Origin: Bdellovibrionales bacterium RIFOXYA1_FULL_36_14
GTDB taxonomy: Bacteria > Bdellovibrionota > Bacteriovoracia > Bacteriovoracales > Bacteriovoracaceae
NCBI GenBank assembly: GCA_001769975.1
Contig: MEPW01000007.1
Location: 34,734-98,733, forward strand
Direction of reading: 5' to 3'
DNA length: 64,000 bases
Position 1 is the stretch's first letter. Each line of letters begins with the position of its first letter. Both the position numbers and the translations under genes were made by a program. This document shows positions 9,820 through 18,502 of this stretch, piece after piece. The notes beneath the pieces are model-generated. The model was not told where the DNA came from and ran no database searches. It saw only the letters and a program-made list of their open reading frames with translations.

Positions 9820-9857
9820 AAAAAAAATTAAAAAGGGAGGCCAAACACCTCCCTTTT
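9820..9857 (-). terminator. Rho-independent terminator downstream of the C25 peptidase gene
   Basis: Perfect 10-bp stem (aaaagggagg / cctccctttt) with a 7-nt loop, followed on the minus strand by a U-run. It starts 25 nt after the stop at 9882. Confidence 0.8.
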
Positions 9858-9881
9858 ATAGTTTTTTATTGGACGCAACTG

Positions 9882-12800
9882 TTATTGCGCGCCGGTAATC
9901 AAAAGATTGTCAATCCAGGCTCCATCATGACCATCGTCTGCTGAATAATCCTTTTTATAAACCCATTTTAACTCATGAAGACCGGCCGGAACATTAAAGA
10001 ACTCTTCAGACCAAGCTATTTCCCCACTCCAATTACCCGCTTTATCCCCATCCACGTAAAATATCAATTGATCATATTTTGCTTCAGAAGAGACCATCTT
10101 GAAAAAGGAAACACTTCCATCATGAATAAAATTCTTGGTAAGAATTAATTCACTCACACCACTTGCGCCAAGATCCTTTCCACTTCTTGCAGAATATCTT
10201 CCACTGAATGGAAATTCTTCAGTAATCTCCCACGGTTTCTTTCCCGCAAAACGCCACGGATTAGAAGCAAAACTTCCTGTTTCAAAAGTTTCGGTCAACC
10301 CTACGTTAATCAGGCTTTCCATAATTGTTTCAATGTCATCACTGTTAATTTTACATCGAAAACGCGCAATTGTTCCCAGTAAAATATCTTCACCAAATTG
10401 AACTTCGAAATCTATCTGAGCTTCTTGACCAGGAGCTAAACCCGAGATACTGCTTTGGGCATTACCTATATGCACGTTTAATTCTTCTAATTCCTCTAAA
10501 TGATAATAGATTAGTGATGAAGCCACATGCCCGATATTTTTTACAATATATCTAAAAGTTCTAGTTTCACCAGGTTTAATTTCTCCATCTCCCAACAACT
10601 GATTACCAAGAGTAAACTTGGGAGCATTGACTTTTAACGTAAAAGTACTTCGATATTCCTTGCTGGTTTGATCAAGCATCACTAATTGAAATGGAATTAA
10701 ACTTTGATCAATAATACCTTTTTCAAATCTTATCCTAAATCCTTTTTTCAAGGTCACTTTTTGACCACCATTTATTTGAGCTACTTGCTCTTCACTATCC
10801 AGTATAGCGTCGACCGCAGAAGAATCGGTTTCAAGTTTAGCGCGAAGATTTTTTGACATTCCATTGCCAACGTTTTCCAATTCTATCGTTAAATAGATTG
10901 TTTCTCCAACGTCCGCCTGTGAATTATTGCTATCTTCCACCGCATGTTTACTTAAAACAATAAAGGGTCCATTTGGAGGAATCACTTGAACCATCTTTTT
11001 AATCGTTTGAAAATTAAAGCCACTCACCGTTATGTAGGCATCCCCTACTTCCAATTGATTTGCAATTTCAACCCGACCATTTTCATCAGTAATTCCAACA
11101 TAATTTTTATTATTTTGATAAAGCGAAACAATCACATTTTTAACAGGTCCCGATGAATCGCTTACCACTGTTTCAAAAAGAGTACCCATTAAAAGAGTTT
11201 CATTACTGATAGTTAATTTTTTGGGTGTATCACTTCTTACTTGCAAACTAGCATCTCCAAAAATAGTCCAAGTTTTTATAGTATCTAAATCAGGTCCAGT
11301 TGATGATTCAGCATACATTAAACTGGCTGCGTTCATTGTCAAAGATCCAAAAGTACTTCGGTTATTTTGGGTGTTTGTACCATCCCCAGGGTTTTGCTCG
11401 TAATTATAACCGCCAATCAGTAGATCATTAAAATAATCTTGACCTCTCATAGGTGGTGCCCATGGTTGGTTGATAGTTGACATCCAAGCTGCCACGGCTC
11501 CGCCATTTTCTTTTTTAAGCCAAGCTTCGGCAAAAGAATCTCCACCGCTACTATGAAATTCTCCGTTTATACAAGCCACGGAAACAATGAAAGGAAGTTT
11601 TTTACCGTTATTAAGTTGAACAATATCAGAATTCTTAAATCCACTGGTGGCCCAACTAGTCTTACTTCCATGACCAGTATAATTGATAAGGCCAACCCCC
11701 GCATTTAGCCAGTCAGCGACATTGCGTGAATTAACATTTAAAGTGGCATATCCTTCTTCAACTTTCACGTAAGTATTTTTAAGCAGCTTATTGTCTCGAA
11801 TGACTCGCATATGCTGTTCATCGGTTTCTCGATCATCTCCCTGTGAGCCGCCTTCACTGGAAGCTATTCCTACGGCATTTTTATACCAAGTATCACTGGC
11901 ATCAGCATCTCTTTCGTAGGTAATAGTTTTATTGACCTGAGTTTGAATCTGCTCTGGAGTATTGCCTGAAAATCTTCCAACAATTAAATCCGCATAATTA
12001 TCATCCCCTTTTACACATCCAAGCATAGGATCCATAGGTGCTTGAGATGGACCTAAATCAGATTTTAGATCTTCCCAATCCCCAAAAAGCTGAACATACA
12101 AAATATCCTTATCATTTTCGTAGGCCTGTTTAATTACACTTTTAACGTTGGTGCCTTTCACGACCTCTTTTTCTAAAACGGCTAAACCTTTCATTCGCTT
12201 CCATTCAACGTAAGGAGCTACCACCTGTTTATAATGAGCAGGATAGATCACTAGTAATTTTCCATAATCTTTTAAAGGGATATTACTAAGCGATGATGGT
12301 CTTTGATAATTAATAAGCAGAGTTGAATAAATATCTTCCATTTCCGGAATCATTCGTCCACATGTTCCAATCAATGGGTTTACGGGAACTCCGCGACCTT
12401 TTAAAACTCGCACTTCAATTTTTTTATAAACTCTTAAAATTTTTCTTTTGGCATTATATTGAAATGGATAAACATAGATATTGGTTCCTCTTACATCCCT
12501 TAAGACGAAAGGCTTAGAACTTTCGGCAATAGTTTTGGGATACCATTCATCCGTAATTGACTTATTATCTTCAACGTAAGGAAAATCTTCCGGATTTTGA
12601 TTTCTGAGAATAACTCCTTTGGACGGTAACAGCGGATGAGCTAATTGAATGTCCTCATACTCAGTGTCACCAACTTCTGCCAAAACGCTGTCTTTGGGTT
12701 TTAGCTGAATACCTGCATAGATAAATGGTAGTTCGGCAAATCCTTTTTTATTAGTAGTAACATTGCCACCGTAAATTATTTTTGACCAGATACTACTATC

Positions 12801-12971
12801 TGCTTCAACTTCCGAAATGGAATAATCATCTAACTCAAATTTAAGTTGGTAAATTAGATTATTTTTTCCTTCCTCAAATTTGACTTGAAATCCTTTCGCA
12901 GCAAAGGCTTGATTGAATACAAAAATAATTAACAATAAAAAATAAAGAAACAACGACTTCATCTTAACCAT
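9882..12971 (-). CDS. Secreted gingipain-like cysteine peptidase (family C25) with C-terminal beta-sandwich domains
   Basis: Signal peptide present. Catalytic contexts are NYTGHGS (His434, codon 11672..11670) and VSVACINGEF (Cys467, codon 11573..11571). The 33-residue His-Cys spacing matches what I recall for RgpB (His211/Cys244). The tail ends ...GAWIDNLLITGAQ, a jelly-roll-like module. Confidence 0.75.
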   Translation of the reverse strand: MVKMKSLFLYFLLLIIFVFNQAFAAKGFQVKFEEGKNNLIYQLKFELDDYSISEVEADSSIWSKIIYGGNVTTNKKGFAELPFIYAGIQLKPKDSVLAEVGDTEYEDIQLAHPLLPSKGVILRNQNPEDFPYVEDNKSITDEWYPKTIAESSKPFVLRDVRGTNIYVYPFQYNAKRKILRVYKKIEVRVLKGRGVPVNPLIGTCGRMIPEMEDIYSTLLINYQRPSSLSNIPLKDYGKLLVIYPAHYKQVVAPYVEWKRMKGLAVLEKEVVKGTNVKSVIKQAYENDKDILYVQLFGDWEDLKSDLGPSQAPMDPMLGCVKGDDNYADLIVGRFSGNTPEQIQTQVNKTITYERDADASDTWYKNAVGIASSEGGSQGDDRETDEQHMRVIRDNKLLKNTYVKVEEGYATLNVNSRNVADWLNAGVGLINYTGHGSKTSWATSGFKNSDIVQLNNGKKLPFIVSVACINGEFHSSGGDSFAEAWLKKENGGAVAAWMSTINQPWAPPMRGQDYFNDLLIGGYNYEQNPGDGTNTQNNRSTFGSLTMNAASLMYAESSTGPDLDTIKTWTIFGDASLQVRSDTPKKLTISNETLLMGTLFETVVSDSSGPVKNVIVSLYQNNKNYVGITDENGRVEIANQLEVGDAYITVSGFNFQTIKKMVQVIPPNGPFIVLSKHAVEDSNNSQADVGETIYLTIELENVGNGMSKNLRAKLETDSSAVDAILDSEEQVAQINGGQKVTLKKGFRIRFEKGIIDQSLIPFQLVMLDQTSKEYRSTFTLKVNAPKFTLGNQLLGDGEIKPGETRTFRYIVKNIGHVASSLIYYHLEELEELNVHIGNAQSSISGLAPGQEAQIDFEVQFGEDILLGTIARFRCKINSDDIETIMESLINVGLTETFETGSFASNPWRFAGKKPWEITEEFPFSGRYSARSGKDLGASGVSELILTKNFIHDGSVSFFKMVSSEAKYDQLIFYVDGDKAGNWSGEIAWSEEFFNVPAGLHELKWVYKKDYSADDGHDGAWIDNLLITGAQ

Positions 12972-13064
12972 CCTTGATTAATACTTTTTAAGAAAGATAG
13001 TGTATTATACCTTTTTCTTGGAAAATTGAAAATTAAGCTTAATAAAAAAAACTTACAATCCAGT

Positions 13065-14153
13065 TCATTCAAACTTACATTCTAAAAATCCAGGCATATC
13101 ATTGTCTTGGTAATCCTTGGGGTAGGAACTCTTCGACGAGGTAGCTGCGATATATACTTTGGCATCAAAATCAAATTGCTGGTTTAAATAATGCCAGCTG
13201 GTATCAACCGACTGCATTGCATATGGACCTAACGAAAAGTCATATACCTTAGTGTCTGCATCAACTATTTTATTATTTTTTATATATCCATACTTCGCAT
13301 TCAAATGACATTTGACGGGATAAGGACACATATTATAAAAATCTTCTTTGTGAAAAACCTTGTCTACCTTTGTATTATCTAATTTAGCGCCATGACTGCG
13401 AAGGTGTTTAACACATTGGCCGGCATCTTGAAGATATATAACTTTTTTATCGCTGGATTCACTAGCGAGTTCCCCATTATATCCGCATTCTGGTATATCT
13501 ACCTGATTGCTATAAAAGGTTTCCTTAGTTTTTTTGTCAACTAAAAGCAGTCTTAAAAAAGCATTTTCCGATTTTTTTCCCATTTTTTTTAAAGTCACAT
13601 ACTCCGGGGTAATGGAGTAGATCTCAACTTCATTTGATGGAGTAATAACAAATTCGTACTCATAGCGTTCAAGCAACCGATCAAAATTAACCGCTTTGCC
13701 ATTTTTTTGATTAAATTTTATTTTAAATAAACAATCAATCTCAGGCATAAGCTCTATTGTTCCTTGGTCACCCCCGATTTTTTTAAGCTCCGCTTGAATA
13801 AAAGTTAAACGAGAAATTCCACCACTGGTTTCAAATAATGCTCCAGGGTCGATGATTTCGGCTTCAAATAAGTTTTTATCGCCTACTCTTTTTACATTGA
13901 ATGCCTGCACAGGAAAAACAAAAAGTTGCCACTCTCCATCCAATTTTACTCTTAAATTATATTTTTTCCCTTTCAATAAATGTGACTCATCCGTGAATTG
14001 ATTTAAATAATTCACCATCACATCCCAACCATCAACAAATTCACCAATCCATTTGTCTTTAACCCATTTATTATCAATTTGTTTTGTCTCTATCTGAGCA
14101 CAGGAAACTAAAAAATGTAAAAATAGAATTAACGACAAAGTAAAAAATTTCAT
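13065..14153 (-). CDS. Hypothetical lipoprotein
   Basis: 362-aa ORF with signal and lipobox MKFFTLSLILFLHFLVSC. No recognisable catalytic motif. Confidence 0.55.
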   Translation of the reverse strand: MKFFTLSLILFLHFLVSCAQIETKQIDNKWVKDKWIGEFVDGWDVMVNYLNQFTDESHLLKGKKYNLRVKLDGEWQLFVFPVQAFNVKRVGDKNLFEAEIIDPGALFETSGGISRLTFIQAELKKIGGDQGTIELMPEIDCLFKIKFNQKNGKAVNFDRLLERYEYEFVITPSNEVEIYSITPEYVTLKKMGKKSENAFLRLLLVDKKTKETFYSNQVDIPECGYNGELASESSDKKVIYLQDAGQCVKHLRSHGAKLDNTKVDKVFHKEDFYNMCPYPVKCHLNAKYGYIKNNKIVDADTKVYDFSLGPYAMQSVDTSWHYLNQQFDFDAKVYIAATSSKSSYPKDYQDNDMPGFLECKFE

Positions 14154-14257
14154 ATCGTCCTCGTAATTTGCTTGGTATAATCATTCTAATCCATAAGAGA
14201 GAAAGACTTCAACATAATTTCGAAATTATAGATTGGAGAAAAAACGGAGTAACCTGC

Positions 14258-14887
14258 ATGAACACGACCGGAGTGATAATGGCAAGCGGTGAAGGTTCGA
14301 GACTTCACTCCGTCACGCAGATGCTTGGTCTTCCCAAACACCTACTCCCGCTTGGAAAAACTTCTTCGGTAGCACTCATTATTCATGAACTTAAAAAATG
14401 CTGCAATCAAATCATCTTGGTATGCGGTAAAGATGAAAAAAATATTTTTGAAGATAAAATTTTAAGCATTGATCAAAATATTGAGATTATTCCAAAAAAT
14501 AGCTCAGGGTTTGCCGGCGATTATTTAATCGCCCACCAATATGCTCAAAATGAACATATCGTTTTAACGGTCGGAGACATCGTTTTTAAAAAAGATGAAC
14601 TCACTCGTATCATAAAAAAATCGCAAACAAATTTTCCTAAATTCACGCTGGTCTTTGACCACCGTCAAATCATCTCCAAGCTAGATTTTAGAATGGTGGC
14701 AGCCTCCACTAACAAAGAAATGCTACAAATGATCATGCAAATTAATCCCGAATCCTTTAAAGAAGTATCTTCTAATTTTGCTCGACTATTTCTGCAAAAC
14801 AAAGTAAGAGCTGCATTTGCTGAGGTTTTATTCAATCTCAACACTCCTGAAAGTTACGAGCTTGCTAAAAAATATTTTGAAATTTAG
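14258..14887 (+). CDS. Nucleotidyltransferase (MobA-like/NTP_transferase fold)
   Basis: N-terminal GVIMASGEGSRL...LPLGK signature of sugar- or cofactor-nucleotidyltransferases. Start set at ATG 14258, which has GGAG 9 nt upstream. Confidence 0.6.
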   Translation: MNTTGVIMASGEGSRLHSVTQMLGLPKHLLPLGKTSSVALIIHELKKCCNQIILVCGKDEKNIFEDKILSIDQNIEIIPKNSSGFAGDYLIAHQYAQNEHIVLTVGDIVFKKDELTRIIKKSQTNFPKFTLVFDHRQIISKLDFRMVAASTNKEMLQMIMQINPESFKEVSSNFARLFLQNKVRAAFAEVLFNLNTPESYELAKKYFEI

Positions 14888-14923
14888 TTAAAAAATACTG
14901 CATGGCGTTTTAACTTTTTTTAG

Positions 14924-14952
14924 TCGACAAATGTATGTAAAAGGCTTAGATT
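14924..14952 (+). promoter_or_regulatory. Candidate sigma-70 promoter for tRNA-Gln (and possibly gatED)
   Basis: TCGACA (14924-14929), a 17-nt spacer, then TAGATT (14947-14952). It lies about 20 nt upstream of the mature tRNA 5' end. Confidence 0.4.
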
Positions 14953-14972
14953 TCATAGAGTCAGTTATTTGT

Positions 14973-15047
14973 TGGGGTGTCGACAAGTGGTAAGTCATCA
15001 GATTTTGATTCTGCCATTCGTAGGTTCGAGTCCTACCACCCCAACCA
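14973..15047 (+). tRNA. tRNA-Gln (anticodon UUG), CCA encoded
   Basis: 75-nt cloverleaf folded by hand. Acceptor stem UGGGGUG/CACCCCA (U1:A72), discriminator A and encoded CCA. Anticodon loop UUUUGAU. T-arm GUAGG-UUCGAGU-CCUAC. Very similar in layout to E. coli tRNA-Gln. Confidence 0.9.
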
Positions 15048-15080
15048 CTCATCAAACCAATCACTTTTTGAAGGTAGATC

Positions 15081-17060
15081 ATGAAAAAGGTGGATCCAAC
15101 TAGCAACTATTCCCTTTCCCTAAAAAACACCGGTTATAAGGAGAGAAAAAAATGCTCTCAAGCTGACTACGATAAATTAGGACTTATCTCCGGTTTGGAA
15201 ATACATCAGCAATTAAAAACCAAGCATAAACTTTTTTGCCAATGCCCATCTGGTATTTTTCAAACTGCAGACGATTACGATGCAGAAATCGTCCGACATA
15301 TGAGACCGACGCTTTCTGAACTTGGCGAATATGATGGAACAGCTTTGATGGAATTTAAAACCAGAAAAGAAATCACCTATCGAATCAAGGATGGCACCGC
15401 TTGCACCTACGACATCGACGATACCCCTCCATTCCCCATCAATCAGGAAGCGGTAGAGCATGCGCTTGAATACGCCATACTACTAGGACTCAATATTGTG
15501 GGAGAGCTCCACGTTGCTAGAAAACAATATTTGGATGGATCAATTCCAACTGGTTTTCAGCGCACTGGTATTATTGGCATTGAAGGCGTATTTCCTATAT
15601 CAAATAAAAAAATTCGCATCATCCAATTATCCATTGAGGAAGATTCCTGCAGAGAAGTAAGTGATATCGGTCATAAACGAATTTACCGTACAGATAGACT
15701 TGGTACACCACTGGTCGAAACGGTCACCTACCCCGACATGACCCATCCAGATGAAGTCCAAGAAGCTGCTCATTATTTACGATATATGGCAAGAGCCACT
15801 TCTAAAATGCGAACTGGTAGTGGCGCTGCAAGACAAGATGTCAATGTAAGTATTACCGGCGGAACCAGAATAGAAATAAAAGGGGTGGCATCCATATCTA
15901 AAATTCCTGACCTGGTTCATATAGAAGCATTTAGACAAAAATCTCTCTTAGTGATTAAAGATATTTTAAATGAAAGAATTGCCGATATCAAAAATTATAA
16001 AATTACTGCCAGAGTTTTAAGATCTGCTAAAAAATATAAATTGGATGCTATTCAAAGGGCCATAAAAGAGCACCAGGAAGTCATGATCGTTAACCTTCCT
16101 CATTTACAAGGTATCCTATCTCACTTTAATCAACCAGATATCACTTTTGCTGATGAATTTAGACATCGACTAAAAGTTATTGCCTGCCTAGAACACCCCA
16201 ATATGTGTCACTCAGAGGAAACTTTAGATTTTATTACTAATAAAGATTGGGATGAAATTCGAGATTACGTTCAAGCCGGACCAAACGATGCACAGATTAT
16301 TTTTTGGGGACCCAAAGAAGATATAAAAACTGCACTCGATACCATTCAAGAGCGCATCGTACTGGCCTATAACGGGGTCCCAAACGAAACCAGAAAGGCG
16401 CTTACAAACGGAATCACCATTTTTGAAAGAGTACTACCCGGTGCTAATAGAATGTATCCTGATACCGACTCTGCTCCCATACCACTGGCAACTAAACGAG
16501 TAGAAGAAATTAAAAAAAGAATACCTCAGACTATAGATAAAAGATTTAAACAATTAACTGATTGGAAAATTCCTCACGATGCCTGGAGTTTTTTATTAAG
16601 ATATAACCTGATACCAATAGTTGAAAATATTATTAATAAAACTGATATTCCTCCCAAATTTGTGGCAACGACCTTTGCTCACCAATTAAAAAATATATTA
16701 GGTAAAAATAAAAAATTTCCCAGCATTTCCGACTTTAAAAAGGTTCAATTTTTATTTGAATTTATTCATGATAAAGAATTGCATTACGAAATTGCCTGGG
16801 ACATGCTCAAGATTGCTTATATTCATCCTAAAATGGATTTCAACTCCATTTTAATCGTCATGGAACACCAGTCTGCTACCTTAGATAAAATTTTAGGTCA
16901 TATTCCCATTTTAAATGATCTTTTCACAAATATCTGCAAAACTAAGCGGGAACACGCGCGAATGGATTGGATCATGGGGCAAATTAGAAAGGCCAGCATT
17001 GGTAACATTCCAATGAAAAAGCTAAATTCCCAGGTGGAAAACGTTATAAAATCGAGGTAG
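15081..17060 (+). CDS. gatE: Glutamyl-tRNA(Gln) amidotransferase subunit E (archaeal-type, GatB paralogue)
   Basis: 659 aa. Contains GLEIHQQLKTKHKLFCQCPS and RKQYLDGSIPTGFQRTG, where GatB has the RKNYFYPD-PK-YQISQ type segment. Also DRLGTPLVE, ARQDVNVSI, a large mid-protein insertion and a YqeY-like tail. Confidence 0.85.
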   Translation: MKKVDPTSNYSLSLKNTGYKERKKCSQADYDKLGLISGLEIHQQLKTKHKLFCQCPSGIFQTADDYDAEIVRHMRPTLSELGEYDGTALMEFKTRKEITYRIKDGTACTYDIDDTPPFPINQEAVEHALEYAILLGLNIVGELHVARKQYLDGSIPTGFQRTGIIGIEGVFPISNKKIRIIQLSIEEDSCREVSDIGHKRIYRTDRLGTPLVETVTYPDMTHPDEVQEAAHYLRYMARATSKMRTGSGAARQDVNVSITGGTRIEIKGVASISKIPDLVHIEAFRQKSLLVIKDILNERIADIKNYKITARVLRSAKKYKLDAIQRAIKEHQEVMIVNLPHLQGILSHFNQPDITFADEFRHRLKVIACLEHPNMCHSEETLDFITNKDWDEIRDYVQAGPNDAQIIFWGPKEDIKTALDTIQERIVLAYNGVPNETRKALTNGITIFERVLPGANRMYPDTDSAPIPLATKRVEEIKKRIPQTIDKRFKQLTDWKIPHDAWSFLLRYNLIPIVENIINKTDIPPKFVATTFAHQLKNILGKNKKFPSISDFKKVQFLFEFIHDKELHYEIAWDMLKIAYIHPKMDFNSILIVMEHQSATLDKILGHIPILNDLFTNICKTKREHARMDWIMGQIRKASIGNIPMKKLNSQVENVIKSR

Positions 17061-18449
17061 GTGATGCTGGATCTATTCAAAGGTTACAAAGGAGAAGCTC
17101 TCCAAATTTTAAAAGATTTCAAATCCAGAGTTTGGAGTGATGCCATTGTTGAAACTAATAACGGTACTTTTAAAGGTATTATTTTACCCAGAAGTGAAAG
17201 CGACGATGACCAACATGTGGTAGTCAAACTTATCACTGGATACAATGTTGGCATAAAAGTAAACACTATAATCAGTATCAAAGAAATAGGTTACAAGGAA
17301 GCTCATTATAAAATACCAGAACAAGATTTCCCTTTTACCGAAGGTCGTCCCAGAGTAAAACTTCTCGGAACTGGTGGAACTATAGCCTCTAGGCTCGATT
17401 ATCGAACAGGCGCCGTTATTCCCGCTTTTTCTCCTGGTGAGCTCTATGGTGCAGTCCCTGAATTGGCTGACATTTGCAATTTAGAAACTGAAAAAATCTT
17501 TGCCGTCTTTAGTGAAAACATGGGTAGTGAACAATATATGAAACTGGCCAAGGCCATAGGCAAAGAAATTGAAAGAGGTATAGATGGAATTGTCATAGGA
17601 CACGGTACAGATACTATGCACCATACAGCGGCTGCTTTATCCTTTATGATTCAAAATCCACCCGTCCCAATTGTCATGGTTGGTTCACAACGTTCATCAG
17701 ACCGCCCATCTTCTGATGCGGCATTAAACCTCATGCACGCTACCAGAACTGCAGCCTACAGCGATATCGCCGAAGTAATGGTGTGTATGTTTGGACCAAC
17801 TTCAGATGAATATGGTCTTTTACATCAAGGAACCAGAGTCAGAAAAATGCACTCTTCATATCGCTCAACTTTTAGAACACTTGGCGATGTTCCCCTTGCC
17901 ACAGTTACAAGAGAAAAAATAACTCCCATCAAAAAAGAATACAATAAAAGGCGTCAATCCCCTGAAGGCATGAAAGTTGTCCCAGCTTGGGAAGACAAGG
18001 TCAGTCTGCTTTATTACTATCCAGACATGAAACCAGACATGATTGATTCTCTCACCGATAACGGATACGTTGGATGCATTATCGCAGGTACTGGACTTGG
18101 ACATGTTAACAAGCCTCTTTATAAGGCCATTGATCGCGCTTACAAAGCTGGTATGCATATCTATATGACTGTGCAAACCCTGTGGGGTTATACTCACATG
18201 AGTGTTTATGAAACGGGTAGAGATTTAATGGCCCTGGGAATAATTCCTCTGGGCAACATGCTTCCAGAAGTTGCCTACGTAAAATTAGCTTGGGCCCTCG
18301 GCCAAAGTCATGACAAAGAAGAAGTTAAAAAAATCATGCTTCATCCTTACTGCGCAGAAATAACCAAGCGAGAACCCTATAACGGCTACCTGGTATTCCA
18401 AGGCGGAATTCCAGAGGTAGAAGAATTTTTAAAGAAGATTCATAAATAG
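17061..18449 (+). CDS. gatD: Glutamyl-tRNA(Gln) amidotransferase subunit D (asparaginase-like glutaminase)
   Basis: Extra N-terminal domain of about 90 aa, then the asparaginase core: LGTGGTIASRLDYRTGAV, GHGTDTMHHTAAALSFM, GSQRSSDRPSSDA, SDIAEVMVCM and GTRVRKMHSS. Starts (GTG 17061 or ATG 17064) immediately after the gatE stop. Confidence 0.85.
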   Translation: MMLDLFKGYKGEALQILKDFKSRVWSDAIVETNNGTFKGIILPRSESDDDQHVVVKLITGYNVGIKVNTIISIKEIGYKEAHYKIPEQDFPFTEGRPRVKLLGTGGTIASRLDYRTGAVIPAFSPGELYGAVPELADICNLETEKIFAVFSENMGSEQYMKLAKAIGKEIERGIDGIVIGHGTDTMHHTAAALSFMIQNPPVPIVMVGSQRSSDRPSSDAALNLMHATRTAAYSDIAEVMVCMFGPTSDEYGLLHQGTRVRKMHSSYRSTFRTLGDVPLATVTREKITPIKKEYNKRRQSPEGMKVVPAWEDKVSLLYYYPDMKPDMIDSLTDNGYVGCIIAGTGLGHVNKPLYKAIDRAYKAGMHIYMTVQTLWGYTHMSVYETGRDLMALGIIPLGNMLPEVAYVKLAWALGQSHDKEEVKKIMLHPYCAEITKREPYNGYLVFQGGIPEVEEFLKKIHK

Positions 18450-18502
18450 ATTTAGGGTAATAACCGTGTACAGCATCAAAACGGCTGTAATTGAACAATT
18501 GT

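Noticed and set aside
14888-15106. 72-aa minus-strand ORF.
   Set aside because: It lies antisense across the tRNA-Gln gene and the gatE start. It has no RBS and an implausible composition, so I treat it as spurious.
14888-18502. Possibility that tRNA-Gln marks the integration site of a mobile genomic island carrying gatED.
   Set aside because: I found no integrase or recombinase gene. I also found no direct repeat of the tRNA 3' end in the region downstream of gatD (18450-18502). HGT remains possible, but a classical tRNA-targeted island is not supported by what is visible.
18450-18502. Possible terminator hairpins after gatD (tacagc...gctgta; ccgt...acgg).
   Set aside because: The stems are only 4-6 bp with long loops and no U-run. 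This is not convincing.
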